DNA of 64,000 bases, taken from Octopus sinensis (Eukaryota). Shown one piece after another: positions 1 to 13,519 of the stretch (position 1 is its first letter; each line of letters begins with the position of its first letter). The stretch lies in assembly GCF_006345805.1 (NCBI RefSeq), contig NC_043001.1, forward strand, positions 134,540,001 to 134,604,000, given 5' to 3'. Position numbers and translations under genes: made by a program. Below the pieces are notes generated by a model. It was not told where the DNA came from and did no database searches. It saw only the letters and a program-made list of their open reading frames with translations.

Positions 1-699
1 GAGATTTGGCTGCTATTTTTAGTAGATTAAGCAACTACATGGAGGTTCCTTTTGTTATTGCTACTTTGTTGTAACCATCAAAGTGTAGCAAAGATTAGGA
101 TCTTATTGTTTATGTCAGATTTAAACCCTGAATATTTCTTTCTGCTATTAAGAAGTTTTAAATACTTATAAGGCCTATTTGTCTTCTTAGACATACACAT
201 TAGCCATTATAGGCACATCTTGAGATATACTTAACACTTGCCTCTATGTACATCATTATTTTGTATGTATATACTTTCAGCTACTTTATAGTTCTACTTT
301 GTCATAGTAGAACAAATAACCATTTGTTGGGAGTCAGTATACTTATAATCATTGGTCCTCCCAAGCACTGAGCATGAACCAGTGAGATGTTACATTGGCC
401 CTCTCATCCAGACTTGCAACTGTAAGAGAAATGCAGAACACATTGCTAATCACATGTGCTGGTTTTGTCATGTGATGCAGATAGATGAGGTAACTTGCAT
501 AAACAAGTGCTGATCACTTAAAGTGGAGGGAAGTTGTGATAGACAGAGACTCAGGAAGATGTGGAATGTAGTATTGAAAACCAATCTCAAAACACTGAGC
601 CTTACAAAGGAGATGACAGATGACCAAGATATGTGATGCATTGCTGTACTCAAGAAGACACCCCCAACAGGTCTCATATAAAATGCATTGGAGTGGGTG

Positions 700-910
700 C
701 TGTTGCCATGTCAAAAAGCACCCAGTACACTCTGTAAAGTGGTTGGTGTTAGGAAGGGCATCCAGCTGCAGAAACCAAGTCAAAACAGACTATGAAACCT
801 GGTGCAGCCCCTGGCCTTACCAGTTCCTGTCAAACCATCAAACTCATGCTAGTATGGAAAAAAGGATGTTAAATGTTGTTGATGATGATGATAATGATGA
901 TGATGATGAT
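700..910 (+). mobile_element. Diverged RTE-type LINE 3' end with (GAT)n tail
   Basis: ggttggtgttaggaagggcatccagctg...catgctagtatgg...gatgatgat; same 3' end as the ORF-bearing RTE copies at 54195 and 58516. Confidence 0.75.
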
Positions 911-924
911 ATATATATATATTC

Positions 925-1286
925 TCTCTTTTACTCTTTTACTTGTTTCAGTCATTTGACTGCGGCCATGCTGGAGCACCGCCTTTAATTGAGCAACTCG
1001 ACCCCGGGACTTATTCTTTTGTAAGCCCAGTATTTATTCTATCGGTCTCTTTTGCCAAACCGCTAAGTAACGGGGACATAAACACACCAGCATCAGTTGT
1101 CAAGCAATGCTAGGGGGGGACACACAAATACACACACGCATATATATATATATATATACATATATATGACGGGCTTCTTTCAGTTTCCGTCTACCAAATC
1201 CACTCACAAGGCTTTGGTTGGCCCGAGGCTATAGTAGAAGACACTTGCCCAAGGTGCCACGCAGTGGGACTGAACCCAGAACCATG
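925..1286 (-). mobile_element. SINE family B (tRNA-derived, CORE-like ccttgggcaagtgtctt), head truncated
   Basis: Matches full copies at 49425 and 63427; tail aaatgactgaaacaagtaaaagag; ends at accatgt followed by (TA)n. Confidence 0.85.
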
Positions 1287-1301
1287 TATATATATATATA
1301 T

Positions 1302-2377
1302 ATTTGAGATATAAATGCAAAATGGTAGTGTATACAGAGATAAGGGCTAAGTACATGCCAATATGTGTCTATAATGGCTAGTATTTTAAGTACATATAAA
1401 AGATATAGATATAAGATAGTGGAGTAAGTATGGCTGGAGGGTAAATACACCAAGTCTATTAGTTTAGCTTAGTTCCTCCTGCTCCCCATGGAGCACTGGG
1501 TGATTTCATTTGTGTGGCATTTTGAGTGCTGAAGCCAAGGTGTACAATCCTGCGCTCCATCCCTCTTCCTTTTCCAACATGAGCCTGGCATCAGGTATGC
1601 AGGATACCAATCTGGAATTTTAAAGTCAAGGAGGAATGTGTTTATAATGGACCCTGTGATGGCCAACAACAACAACAGCAGCAACAACAATATATTGTTT
1701 ACTTCATAAGAATAAAGAATAGTGTGCAAATATTAAGTTAAAAGAAAATTTGGATGGAATAAAAGATTTTAAAACCCAATATTTATATTGTTATTTGAAG
1801 CAATGTGCTTCATCTACCATGAATATTAATTTATATACATACATATAAATTAATATTCATGGTAGATGAAGCACATTGCTTCAAATAACAATATAAATAT
1901 TGGGTTTTAAAATCTTTTATTCCATCCAAATTTTCTTTTAACTTAATATTTGCACACTATTCTTTATTCTTATGAAGTAAACAATATATTGTTGTTGCTG
2001 CTGTTGTTGTTGTTGGCCATCACAGGGTCCATTATAAACACATTCCTCCTTGACTTTAAAATTCCAGATTGGTATCCAGCATACCTGATGCCAGGCTCAT
2101 GTTGGAAAAGGAAGAGGGATGGAGCGCAGGGTTGTACACCTTGGCTTCAGCACTCAAAATGCCACACAAATGGAATCACCCAGTGCTCCATGGGGAGCAG
2201 GAGGAACTAAGCTAAACTAATAGACTTGGTGTATTTACCCTCCAGCCATACTTACTCCACTATCTTATATCTATATCTTTTATATGTACTTAAAATACTA
2301 GCCATTATAGACACATATTGGCACAAACTTAGCCCTTATCTCTGTATACACTACCATTTTGCGTTTATATCTCAAAT
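1302..2377. repeat. 1.08-kb near-perfect palindrome (535-bp arms, 6-nt loop ACATAC)
   Basis: Arms 1302-1836 and 1843-2377 are reverse complements (coordinate sum 3679); mirrored ORFs 1469-1729(-) and 1950-2210(+) confirm no indels. Confidence 0.97.
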
Positions 2378-4235
2378 CTGTAGAGAATATCTTGTGTTCC
2401 TTTAATTTTAGAGCAAATTTACCATATTTTAACTACTGAAATATTCAACCTTAGATCAGATTAGAGTTTACAGTTGATTATAAGCAGTTAGAACTTTCTC
2501 TAATCTCTAGACGCATACTTCTGTATATTACCATATTTTGAAAAGTGTGTGTGTGTGTATGTGAGAGAAAGAGAGAGGGAAATTGCCATTCTGACATGGA
2601 AATGTAATGCTTGTGTATGATGTGTGTTAGTTAATAAAGTGCAGTAGGTAGAATAAGGTAGTGTGGAGTTCATAAAGTGAAACGTCCACATTGACTAGTC
2701 ATTGCTGGTGGTGGTGGTGTTGTTGTTGTTGTTGTCGGTGGTGGTGGTGGTGGTGGTGGTGGTGGTGGTGGCAGTGGCGGCAACAACAGCAGAAAGAAAG
2801 ATAGTTCCTATGACCTTTGTAGGCCTCCCAGACTGGTGGCATCATTGTGGTTAAGATTCAAGAAATGCACAGACAACTCACTACTTCAGGTAAAATTCAG
2901 TCAACTGCAAAGGGCTTGTAGAGCAGCTGTGATTTTTCAGTTTTGGTCTCTTCTCTTCTATGTTGGTTTTATAGGTATTCTTGTAAACAGAAGTAGTGTG
3001 ATAGATCCTGTTCTGTCATGTAATTAGTATCATCTGCTTTTCTAAGAGCAGAAGATAGCAGCAAAGAGACACATACTTTTGATGTGTCAGAATTGATTGT
3101 TGTTGATATTGTTTTTCTTCATCAGTTCTGATATAATACACCTGTTGCTAGTAGGTAGTTGATTGAACAACTAGGTATGAAACAGAACTGCTGTCCCAAT
3201 TATGCCATGTCTCTATCTGGATGAGGACCTAACTTTGGCATGCAGTATTGAATTATATGCAGTGCATTGGGTCAGTTTGGACCTATTGTATTCTCACCAC
3301 TGTCCAGTCTATTTCTGTATAGTCCCTTGATCTAATTAGCAGCCAAATCTTTTTCACATTTTACCCTATCATCTTCAAAACAGATTACATTTTCAAAATA
3401 AATTACATCCATGTGTGTGCTTATGAGAGAGAGAAAGAGAGAGAGACACACACATAATGATTATAAATTGTTTAAATTACTAAACTACAAACTCATGTGT
3501 TGTGAGTTCAGTTCTGCTGATGATATTTTGTGTTTCTATACAGAACACGTTATTCTACACTACATTACTTTCAGTGACATTGCTGTCAAAATGAATACCA
3601 GCTTGCTTTGGAATGTCCAATCTTAGAGTATTGTTCTTCAACACCAATCGTTTTTGAGTACCTTGTTCATGTCATTAAAATCTAGTTCAGATTACAGACT
3701 ACATATAACAGCTGGTGGATGCCACCGATCATTCCTGATTAAACTAGCCATGTGCCACAAAACCGACTCCATGTGGACATCTTCTTCAGTTACAGATTTG
3801 TCATGCACACGCACACAGATACACATGCATACAGACGTAACACACATGCACGTGCATGCACACACAAACGCACACACAAACAGGTGTTGTGCTCTAGAAG
3901 CTCTATGATTAAATCAACTTGAACCAGCTGATTTAATCAGAGCTAATATTCATATAAAAATAAAGTGTGCTTGTCATCATCATTTTAACATCTACTTTTC
4001 CACGTTTGCATGTGTCAGACAGAATTCATTGAAGCAATTTTCTTTGGCCAGATGCCCTTCCTGTCACCAACCCTCGCCTGTTTTCAAGCTGAGAAATATT
4101 TCCCCTCTCACTGGACATGTTTTCAGGGAAGATGGGAAAGGAAACACTTTGCATATGTAACAGTGATACTTATTTATAACTAACCTATGATGACAAAACC
4201 AAGAAAAGCACTCACATAAATATATACATATATAT

Positions 4236-4569
4236 TGGCTTCCGTGTCGGTGGCACGTAAAAAGCACCATCCGAATCGTGGCCGAAGCCAGTGCCACCTC
4301 GACTGGCTTCCGTGCCCGTGGCACGTAAAATGCACCAATCCGACCGTGGCCGATGCCAGCCTCGCCTGGCTCCAGTGCAGGTGGCACGTAAAAAGCACCC
4401 ACTACACTCACGGAGTGGTTGGCATTAGGAAGGGCATCCAGCTGTAGAAACATTGCCAGATAAGACCGGAGCCTGGGGCAGCCTTCTGGTTTCCCAGATC
4501 CCCGGTCGAACCGTCCAACCCATGCTAGCATGGAGAACGGACGTTAAATGATGATGATGATGATGATGA
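4236..4569 (+). mobile_element. RTE LINE 3' UTR fragment with internal tandem units
   Basis: tggcacgtaaaaagcacc units, ggaagggcatccagctgtagaaac, (GAT)n tail. Confidence 0.85.
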
Positions 4570-4698
4570 CAGGCTTTTTTCAGTATCTGTCTACCAAATC
4601 CACTCTCAAGTCTTTGGTTGGCTCAGAGCTGTGGTAGAATACACTTAGCTGGGGTGCTATGCTGTGTCAGCCATGTTAGCATTGAAAACAGACATTAA

Positions 4699-4920
4699 AC
4701 CTTTAGTTTTCAGATTACTCTGTCAAATGTTATATTTATTTTAATCACACTATCTTCAATTAATCATGCATCATGTTGTAACTTTGAGATTTTGATTATG
4801 TCATTGCTTATTTTTAGAACAACATTGTAGGATAGGTGTAAGAGGCTGGATCTGGCTGATTTGGACATAAAAAAAGGTAGAATATCTGGGCTGGATATGT
4901 CTATTTTAAATGCTAAAGGG
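4699..4920. mobile_element. TTAA-flanked MITE, family 2 (piggyBac-like)
   Basis: ttaa|acctttag...gctaaaggg|ttaa; related to 15178 and 53669. Confidence 0.7.
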
Positions 4921-5326
4921 TTAAATGAAATTAATGAACAACAAGCAAAAAGAAAACCTTTGACATTTACAATAAAGTTTGGTTTATCTTGTAAACAGAT
5001 GAGGGAACAACCAAACTTCTTTAAATCTTGTTCAGCTGATCCCTATCTTTCACTCTACAAAAATATTCATATATACAGATGCTTATATCCATCTGTTACA
5101 GTATTGTCTACAATCTGTAGATATATTCTGCAGTACAGCATAGCATTGAAACAAAACACTGTTAATCAACCAGTAATAATATATCAGTTCCTTGGTTTTG
5201 TGTTTATATTTTCGTTTCTCATTGTGTTCGACGTTTTTTTGGTGTCCTGTACCCATATATGCGTGTATATATACATGTAGAGGTAGGTACGTACATATAT
5301 GTATGTATAGATGCATATGTTTTATT

Positions 5327-5370
<44 letters not shown>

Positions 5371-5388
5371 CTGACATAAGTTCCTTAC

Positions 5389-5466
5389 TTTTCCTGATGA
5401 GAAGGCGGCATAATGCACCTCTTATTTCTTCGAAATTAGGAATATGCAGTCTTCGAAACATGTAGC
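5389..5466 (+). ncRNA. Hammerhead ribozyme-like motif (type I topology), candidate
   Basis: CTGATGA (5394-5400), stem II GAAG/CTTC, GAAA at 5432; second CTTCGAAACATGTA at 5451; cassette bounded by (TA)n. Confidence 0.45.
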
Positions 5467-6478
5467 TTCAACTGTGTTTTTCTGACGTGAATTTGCTACC
5501 CAGGTATTGGTTAACCGAATTATCCATAATAAGATAATTCATTCAACTACTCAATTATATATATATATATATATAGGTTCTCTTATTCTTCCATATAGAA
5601 AAGTATTTAACCTTTTGAATTTTATACAATATATTTTCTTTTATGGAATTGAAAAACAAACAATGACTTTGCCGTTCTATTTTTGTATCACAGTTATTCA
5701 CAGTGTTTTGGTTCTGTAGACTACATCTCTACAAATGGTAACTTTTATTGTATATATTATTAATGTATTAGTAATATTTCAGTTAAAAATGATAGTAATA
5801 CTAATAATAATAATAAAGCTATTTGTAGTGACTGTATTGTTCTAGAGTTCAGACAGGTCGATGTAGGAAACGAACAAAGTGAAATAAAAGTTGATAATGG
5901 AGAATGTACTTTGATAATGTTATTTCTTTCTTTTTGTTCAAAATAGCGGTATAGAGTGGAAGTGAATAAACCATGTCATTGTTTGTTCTTACCAAAAGAG
6001 ACTAAAAATGAAAATGAACTACAATATCCTAAGGAACCATTCTGTCTTTCTGGGCAAAAACAATAAACTATATTCTTCACCACTTTATTTGACTTCCACT
6101 CTAAACTGATATGATTTATCTAATTACTATTAATGACATTATTTTGAATAATATTTTGGTTTTAACTCTGTTCACTTGCGTCATCAACCAGTCTGATCTC
6201 TAAAATGACACAATGACTAACTACTAATGGCCTTATTATTATTTTGAATTGGATCAATACAAATATATTAATATAATTCTAAACATAAGACAACATTTGT
6301 ATTAACAAAGTCATGGAAATTGAAACTCATTGTACAACTATTAAATAGAAAGAGAAAGTAAAAGTAACCGTATCGTTGTTTATGTTTTTCAAATACCTTA
6401 AAAATAAATTGTATGAAATTCAGAAAATTGCTTAGTCCTGTCTATGAAAGAGGTGAATAAAGCTCATACATCCTCATA

Positions 6479-6481
<3 letters not shown>

Positions 6482-6524
<43 letters not shown>

Positions 6525-6826
6525 GTTTAACGTCCGTTTTCCGCTCTAGCACGGGTTGGACGGTTCGACCGGGTCTGGGAAGCCAGGGGCTGCACCAGGC
6601 TCCAGTCTTGATCTGGCAGTGTTTCTACAGCTGGATGCCCTTCCTAACGCCAACCACTCCGTGAGTGTAGTAGGTGCTTTTTACGTGCCACCCGCACAGG
6701 TGCCAGGCGAGGCTGGCATCGGCCACGATCGGTTGGTGCTTTTTATGTGCCACCGGCACAGAAGCCAGTCAAGGCGGTGCTGGCATCAGCCACGTTCGGA
6801 TGGTGCTTTTTATGTGCCACCGGCAC
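6482..6826 (-). mobile_element. RTE LINE 3' UTR fragment
   Basis: (CAT)n then cgtttaacgtccg...ggatgcccttcctaacgccaacc and tandem units. Confidence 0.85.
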
Positions 6827-6959
6827 ATACATGCATTATGGTTTAACTATTTGCAATTTCCTTTCGAAGGTGATTTTATCTTTATACCATTATGTTTCCA
6901 CTGCAGTGTGCTATAGATTCTCTTTAATGGTGTTATCAAAGATTAATCTTTGTTACCAG

Positions 6960-7460
6960 CAGAGCTAATAACATCTGAACTTCTCCCAGACTTTCTTTAG
7001 TCTGGCTACTATGTTTTTTGGAATATCACCTCCACTGCAATTTAGGTCACCTAGGTAACAGAAATTGTCAACTATTTCTAGGAATCTGAACTTTTGAGAG
7101 AATTTATTTCCTATGTGCGTTTAGTGCTTATTGCTCCTGTGCACCTGCTGCATATAAAACTTACCTTCTCTGTTAGCCTACTTTGCTTCTTGTGCATCTA
7201 TAGGTTACGATGACAACAATGTATGAAATTCCTACCTCCTCCTGTTCTGCATATCAGCACAGCTAGTTCCAGACAGTAGCAAATTCCTGTCTTCTTTGGC
7301 ACTTACTAATATTTTAATCTGCTAAATTTACTTTGTGCCTTCTTGATTCTAGCTTTTGCTCAGCAAGAAATCTATTCTGTTCTGGCTCTTTTTCTCTTTC
7401 ATCACCCTCTCCACTCATTATTCTGCTAGCAAAAAATTCCTCCTCCCCACTTGGAGTTCA
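6960..7460 (-). mobile_element. Old RTE LINE internal ORF remnants
   Basis: Minus strand gives a degenerate match to EIVDNFCYLGD...ARxRxAWxKFR, as in the 58516 copy. Confidence 0.55.
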
Positions 7461-7622
7461 TAGTCTTGTAAGCTGCATGTGATCTCACTAGTTGTAATGG
7501 CAAGAAAAAAGAAGCACCCAGTATACAGTGGTTGGTGTTAGGAAGGGCATCTATCCTTAGAAACCATGCCAAAAAAATCACTGGAGCATGATGCAATCCT
7601 TCAGCCCATCAAACCCTGTCAA

Positions 7623-7858
7623 ACCTATTTCTTTACTACCCACAAGGGGTTACACACAGAGGGGACAAACAAGGACAGACAAAGGGATTAAGTCGATTAC
7701 ATCGACCCCAGTGCGTAACTGGTACTTAATTTATCGACCCCGAAAGGATGAAAGGCAAAGTCGACCTCGGCAGAATTTGAACTCACAACGTAATGGCAGA
7801 CGAAATACAGCTAAGCATTTCGCCCGGCGTGCTAACATTTCTGCCAGCTCGCCGCCTT
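7623..7858 (-). mobile_element. SINE family C (tRNA head plus Nin/Deu-like domain)
   Basis: Near-identical to 26539 copy; contains gaggtcgactttgcctttcatcctttcggggtcgataaattaagtacc; inserted into an RTE-like tail. Confidence 0.85.
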
Positions 7859-7999
7859 AGACCCTGTCAAACCCTGTCAAACCATCCAACCCATGCCAGC
7901 ATAGAACACAAATATTAAATAATAATAACGATGATGATGATGATGATTCAGTTATAAGAACTAAGTCATCAGCTTATAGGAGTTCCTAAGGATAATCAG

Positions 8000-8930
8000 T
8001 TATGGCCTAGGGGATTCTAATAAATAGAAACTGGCTGGAGACTGAACATTGATGAACTCCTCCCTGCAAGCTAAATTTATCATTGTGCTCATTGCTAGCC
8101 CTCAGCTTGCTCATTGCACTTTTCTTCATGGCCCTCACAAGCCATTCAGCCATCTCTAGTTTCCTTAGTAACTATCAGAATATAGAATGTTGTACTCTGT
8201 TAAAGAGCTTCTCCAGATTAATGTATGCTAGATACAACAACTTACTCCTTGCTAAGCATTTCTGTAATTGTCTCACTAGGTTAATGGTATTGGCCATACC
8301 TCTTCTTGGCACAAACCCAAACTACATCTATTCTAGGTTAATTCTTTCCAGAATCATTTTTGTCATAAGTCTTCCAGTAAGTTTCATAACCTGGTCCATC
8401 AGCTTGACAGCTTCTATTATTTCCCTTCTCTACCATGTCTTGCTTGCTCTTAGCAGTTGACAATGATACTGCTACAGCAATCATTGGGTATGCCACCTTG
8501 CTATACTACCTGGTTGACTATAAGTGTGTTTAGTGTGTGACGTTTATCGTATTTTCATTGACTCAACAGCAATATCTGATGGATCAGATGCCTTCCTTGC
8601 CTTCATATTCTTAATTGCTCTATCTATGCTGCTATACTGCTGTCATCTTAAATAGTTGGTCTTTCTAGTATACATTGGGTATACTCTTTCTGACTCTCTC
8701 TCCATCTATCTATCTATCTATCTCACACACACATACATTCTCATTTAACAGCTTCTCATAATAGTGCTGCCATGCCTCTTTCTTTTTGCCATTGCTAATG
8801 ACTGGTACTCCTCTATCATTTCATCTACATGTCTACACTTCTCCCAAATGGTAACTTGATTTTTTTCTGCCACTCTGTCTTGCAATCCAAAACATCTCAT
8901 GATTCTGATCCTCACATTGCAGAACATACA
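8000..8930 (-). mobile_element. Old RTE LINE reverse transcriptase remnant
   Basis: Minus strand reads KLMDQVMK...FGFVPRRG...LVRQLQK...INLEKLFNRV...LRKLEMAEWLVRA, with stops. Confidence 0.75.
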
Positions 8931-8964
8931 CTAATCACTTCTTTTCTGTTTCTTCTCAAGCTAT

Positions 8965-9600
8965 GTAGAAAGGGCATCCCAAAAGTTTTCAGGATAGACT
9001 TTTATTAATTTGAAAGAAGTACAAAACTCTAATCTTCAAAATAAGGTCCTCTAACTTCAGTGCACTTGTAGTGCTCTGCCCACTTCATGTAGGCCCCAAG
9101 GAAATCCTCCAAAGTGAAGTTATTCAGTACCCTTGTCATAGCCTTCTTCATCTCCTTCAAAATGAGTACCCCTGAGGTTCTTCAATTTGAGGAACAAATA
9201 AAAACAATCACAGGTAGTAAGGTCTAGACCATAGGGAGGGTGAGGGACATTTTGATGCCCATCCCTATCAAGTAGTTGGTTACCAGGAGGCTCATTGCTG
9301 AGCACCAGGAGAACAAACTTTGCACATATTTTGTGCATGTTCAGATCTTCATGAACAATTCTATGTACAGTTGTCACATCAACTCCAAATTGTATTCTTG
9401 CTGTCTTTATTGACACTCAACAGTTTTCATCCAGAAAATTGTGAATTTTCTCAAACAGCTCTGATGTTCTGATATCCTTCTCCTTCCCACTCATGTCATT
9501 GTCTCTTCCTCTCTGCTGTCAGTGAAAAAGTTAATCCATGAGCAGTATTTCATTGCATAGTAAGCTTCCAAATGTCCCAACAGCATTCAGCAAAGTAGTC
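8965..9600 (-). mobile_element. Internally deleted mariner transposon remnant
   Basis: HRIVHEDLNMHKICAKFV joined to VPHPPYGLDLTTCDCFYLFLKLK (YSPDL-like motif); ends approximate. Confidence 0.8.
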
Positions 9601-9741
9601 AGCTGTGACGAATAGTGTTTAGAAGAGTGTATTCTAAGTGCTGTTACAACCACCTCCTTTAATCTGGAATAACAAAAGCTGGAAAGTCAGTATATTAAAT
9701 GTATACTAATGATGTACTGAAGTAACAATAATCTTGGACAT

Positions 9742-10164
9742 GGATCTTTTCGGTTTGAACGGCAGTTTTTTAATATAATTTCCACGTAACTAAACACTTT
9801 TAAACTTCGTATACTGGTAGAATGTGTTTATAAAACATCTTTTTCTCTTGGCTTTATTGAGAAAATTCTATAGTTTGTAACATATTTGTTGTTTTTTTTT
9901 CTTCAATTTCTGCAATTTCAACCAATCAATGACGTCTATTGAGGTGAAAACATTCTGTGCCATATGAATATGTCCCTCGTTTAAGAAACAGATTGGGTTT
10001 ATTTACATTTGTGAAGAAAAAAAAAGATACCCTTCCCCCACCCCTAACCCTAACTAACCCTAAAACAGATTGAAATGCAATAGATCGATACTAGGGTCAT
10101 AATTATGGGTGGCAATTTCATATGACACCGCTAGAAAAAACTGCCGTTCAAACCGAAAAGATCC
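9742..10164. mobile_element. Non-autonomous TIR element with internal (CCCTAA)-like repeats
   Basis: TIR ggatcttttcggtttgaacggcagttttt / aaaaactgccgttcaaaccgaaaagatcc; no clear TSD. Confidence 0.85.
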
Positions 10165-10549
10165 TAGAACAGTTATAAGAGTCTTGTCTATAAAAAAAAT
10201 CTCAAAACCTCTTGAATGCACCCTGTATATTAAATATCTAGCTTCTATTCTAACTACTTGGGTAATACTGTCCATTTTCTTCTTATTTCTCCAACCCTGT
10301 CCATTTGCTTTTAAGGTTCTGTCCACTGTAGTGTTCCAGCACATCCTTTGACTAAGACCTTGTACCAGCTACAGTCATATCTATTGTCAGTCTGTCTGTC
10401 TACCTATTTTGTTGTCTGACTGTCTGTCTATCTATCAAACTGTCTATCTGTTTAACCAAGTGCCTGTCTATCTCGCTGTCTGTCTGTCTATGTATATGTG
10501 TGTGTACCATATATAGTACATACATCACCCATACTTACCATAGCCATAT

Positions 10550-10930
10550 TAAATAATAACTCTGAGCACCTTTTCAAACTCCACCCATCTAACACCTGTG
10601 GACATATTTACAAAGTCAGAAAACAGCACAGCTCCCATGACTTCAGGAAACATTTTTTTCACGCTGAGAGTTGCTGAAGCATGGAACAAACTGCCAGCAT
10701 CAGTTGTTAGTTGTCGGAGCACTGCATCCTTCAAAACTTCCATACTTTCTGAGATTCGCCAACACTACACCTGATTTTCTCCCCTCCATACACACACAAG
10801 CATGTATCTGACTCATACATTGTTCGCTTTCCAGACATTTTTACATTACTGCATGTACTTTATATGCACTTTCTGACAAGTTGTGGTGCACCTGAGCACT
10901 GTATACAATAATTTCATTATTATTATTAAA
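10550..10930 (+). mobile_element. CR1-clade LINE 3' end
   Basis: NTCGHIYKVRKQHSSHDFRKHFFTLRVAEAWNKLPASVV...SFK (CR1 ORF2 C-terminal signature), then UTR and (ATT)n tail. Confidence 0.85.
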
Positions 10931-11402
10931 TGCTTATCTAAGCTCTACCAAACGATTTTTTTCTATTTTTTAAAATTTATTTCCTGTAAGCTAGAGGGCA
11001 GGACCCATTGGCCTGTGTGTTCCCCCCGTTTCATGAAATCAATATGGCTGATTGTGTGTGCCGTGTATTCGATGTTAGTGATGAACAGTGGGGGGTGAGG
11101 TGGGTTGAAGATATATTTGGGACGATGAGGGAAAAGCAGGGTGAATACACCGAGCAGGTTCGGAATAGGGGCAATAAATAAGCAGCTTTATGATTCACGC
11201 TTGCAACTTGTTAGTAACAAATGCAAATAATAATTACACACACACACACACAGACACATACATGTATACATATACGTATGCATATAAGCATTCTTACGTG
11301 TACACGCGCGCACACCATTATATTTTGCTCTTCTTTCTCCTCCCCTTTTCCCAGGCTGATCAGACTGCTTTGAAAGGAAACAACAGCAAAATGATGATGA
11401 TG

Positions 11403-11434
<32 letters not shown>

Positions 11435-11532
11435 CAATAAATAAACAAAAACTACAATGTGGACAGTTTGAGAGTTGCTAGACATGTTCAATGACTCATT
11501 CATATTAACATGCTTCAACACATACATGTTGG

Positions 11533-11577
<45 letters not shown>

Positions 11578-11901
11578 TGTATTTGCTGCTTTCTTTCCTA
11601 TTTTCTGTTGCCAATAAAAAACTGCTTTAATGATTTATCATTGAAACCCTATCATTTCCTCATCGTTTACTTAAAATAATTACAATACTTGCTACCTACA
11701 AGTAACTTCAAAGACAAGGAAAAGATCGTGTGTGTGTGTGTATGAAACACCTAAACTTGGTCTTTCATAGACTTTTTTTTATTTTAATAAAGTCAGTAGG
11801 AATTGAACTAAATAACTGTCTCTACTTTGTCTATTTCTGTCTATCTGTATTGTCTGTCTCTCTTTCCTCTTACACTCTCTCTCCCTCTCTGTCTGTCTTT
11901 C

Positions 11902-11944
<43 letters not shown>

Positions 11945-12068
11945 ATATATATATATATATATATGTTTTTATGTTTTTATGCATACATGCATGTGTATAG
12001 ATAAATAGACAAATAGATATCAATACACTTATGGGTATACACACATACACACACACAGTTATATAATT

Positions 12069-13466
12069 CTAGCAGAGGTACCCGGCGTTGCTCGGGATTA
12101 AAATGGTATAGTGTGTATATATTACAGTTATGTTGAAACAGGTGATATGGGAAAGTGCAGCATTGACAACAAAATATGTGGAGTAAATGCTGGGCTGATT
12201 TGACTAAGCAACAGGCTATGCGTCCGTTTGGAGTATTTCAGGATCTCACCTGTCATGGAAAATTGAAGGTGGGGGTTATGTGATTTTTGAATGCACCGAA
12301 AAGCTGTCAGTGGATATACTCTCTTTTGCAGCAGTCAGGGCTGTGTCTAACACGACCCATCATCTGAAATTTTAACACCTCCTTCGGGTTTGTTGTCCTA
12401 CATCACTCATAAAGTAAATTTGGAGGAACTGTGGTTGTTCATTTGTGAGTAACAGAGAACCAATGAGGTGATAGACTTGCCCTTGAACTTTGACGTTGGT
12501 GTAAATTCATGTTTATCTATCTTCTTAGATGCACCAAAAGATGTCATTTGAAATGCAGAGTTGTATTGTCTGATATTGTTCAGAAAATCCTTGACTGGAT
12601 GGAAGTGCCTTCTAGAAGATCCATAAGAGGTTGAGAAGGAGTTGGTAGTGCTGGCAATGTTACCTGACCGACTGAGCAGCACATACCATTTGCTTCATTT
12701 GAAAGTTTTAAAGCTCTACAGAAACGACAATTTGTGTTTAGCACACTAATTTGGACAGAGTTACCATTTTTATAAGAATGGGATGGATCATATCTGAAAA
12801 CAGGTTCAGGAGTTGTGGAGAACGAATTTGTACGTAGTCTGTTTCTGAGACCTATTCTACTGGACCTCTGTCTAATCATTAAAACATTGATTTAATGATC
12901 CAGCATTAAATGCTGCAACATGCATTTGCTGATCTTGAGAAAATCTCATCTCTCTTCAGACTCTTGCCTTCGGTTTTCTACAATCCTCCTTGCTTTATAC
13001 TTGTTTCTGGAGAGATTAAATCTTTTCTGTGTTTCTTCCCACTCATTCTATAAAAATTTATTTGAAGAGAGCAGAAATTGAAAGAAAAGAAAGTGTAAAG
13101 GACAGAGAAAGAAAGTGAAAGATGTATCTACGTTTCTATGAAATGGACGCACGTGTGTGAGAGAGAAAGAGTGAAAAAGAGAGATAGAGTGAGTGAGTGA
13201 AGGTATGTGTCTTGGTGGTTGATGTCTCTTAAGGTACATACAATAGAAAATGTGACGTCATTATATAAAATGTTTATGATAGTTGATTTATGGAAAAGAT
13301 TATAATGTTAAATTTTTTAAATGTAAATATTTGAATGGAAATTAAGCTTAATTTGTAGCTGAAATAGTACTGAATCTTTTGATACCCCATATGTCAAAAA
13401 TCTGTAACTCGGTTTTGGAATGCATAAGGAAAATATATATATATATATATATATAATATATATATA

Positions 13467-13512
<46 letters not shown>

Positions 13513-13519
13513 ATATATA

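Noticed and set aside
2083-2110. CTGATGC...GAAA hammerhead-like string in the palindrome (similar at 46575-46625 minus)
   Set aside because: Stems I and II do not pair adequately
1469-2210. Duplicated 86-aa ORF pair as a gene
   Set aside because: A by-product of the palindrome; poly-Leu comes from a (TTG)n tract; no recognisable homology
4861-5280. 139-aa ORF
   Set aside because: Starts in a MITE, ends in low-complexity repeat, no recognisable domain
2823-5905. Possible exon pair 2823-2889 and 5846-5905 (ASQTGGIIVVKIQEMHRQLTTS/EFRQVDVGNEQSEIKVDNGE)
   Set aside because: Phases are compatible but splice signals are weak and no protein was recognised; needs RNA-seq
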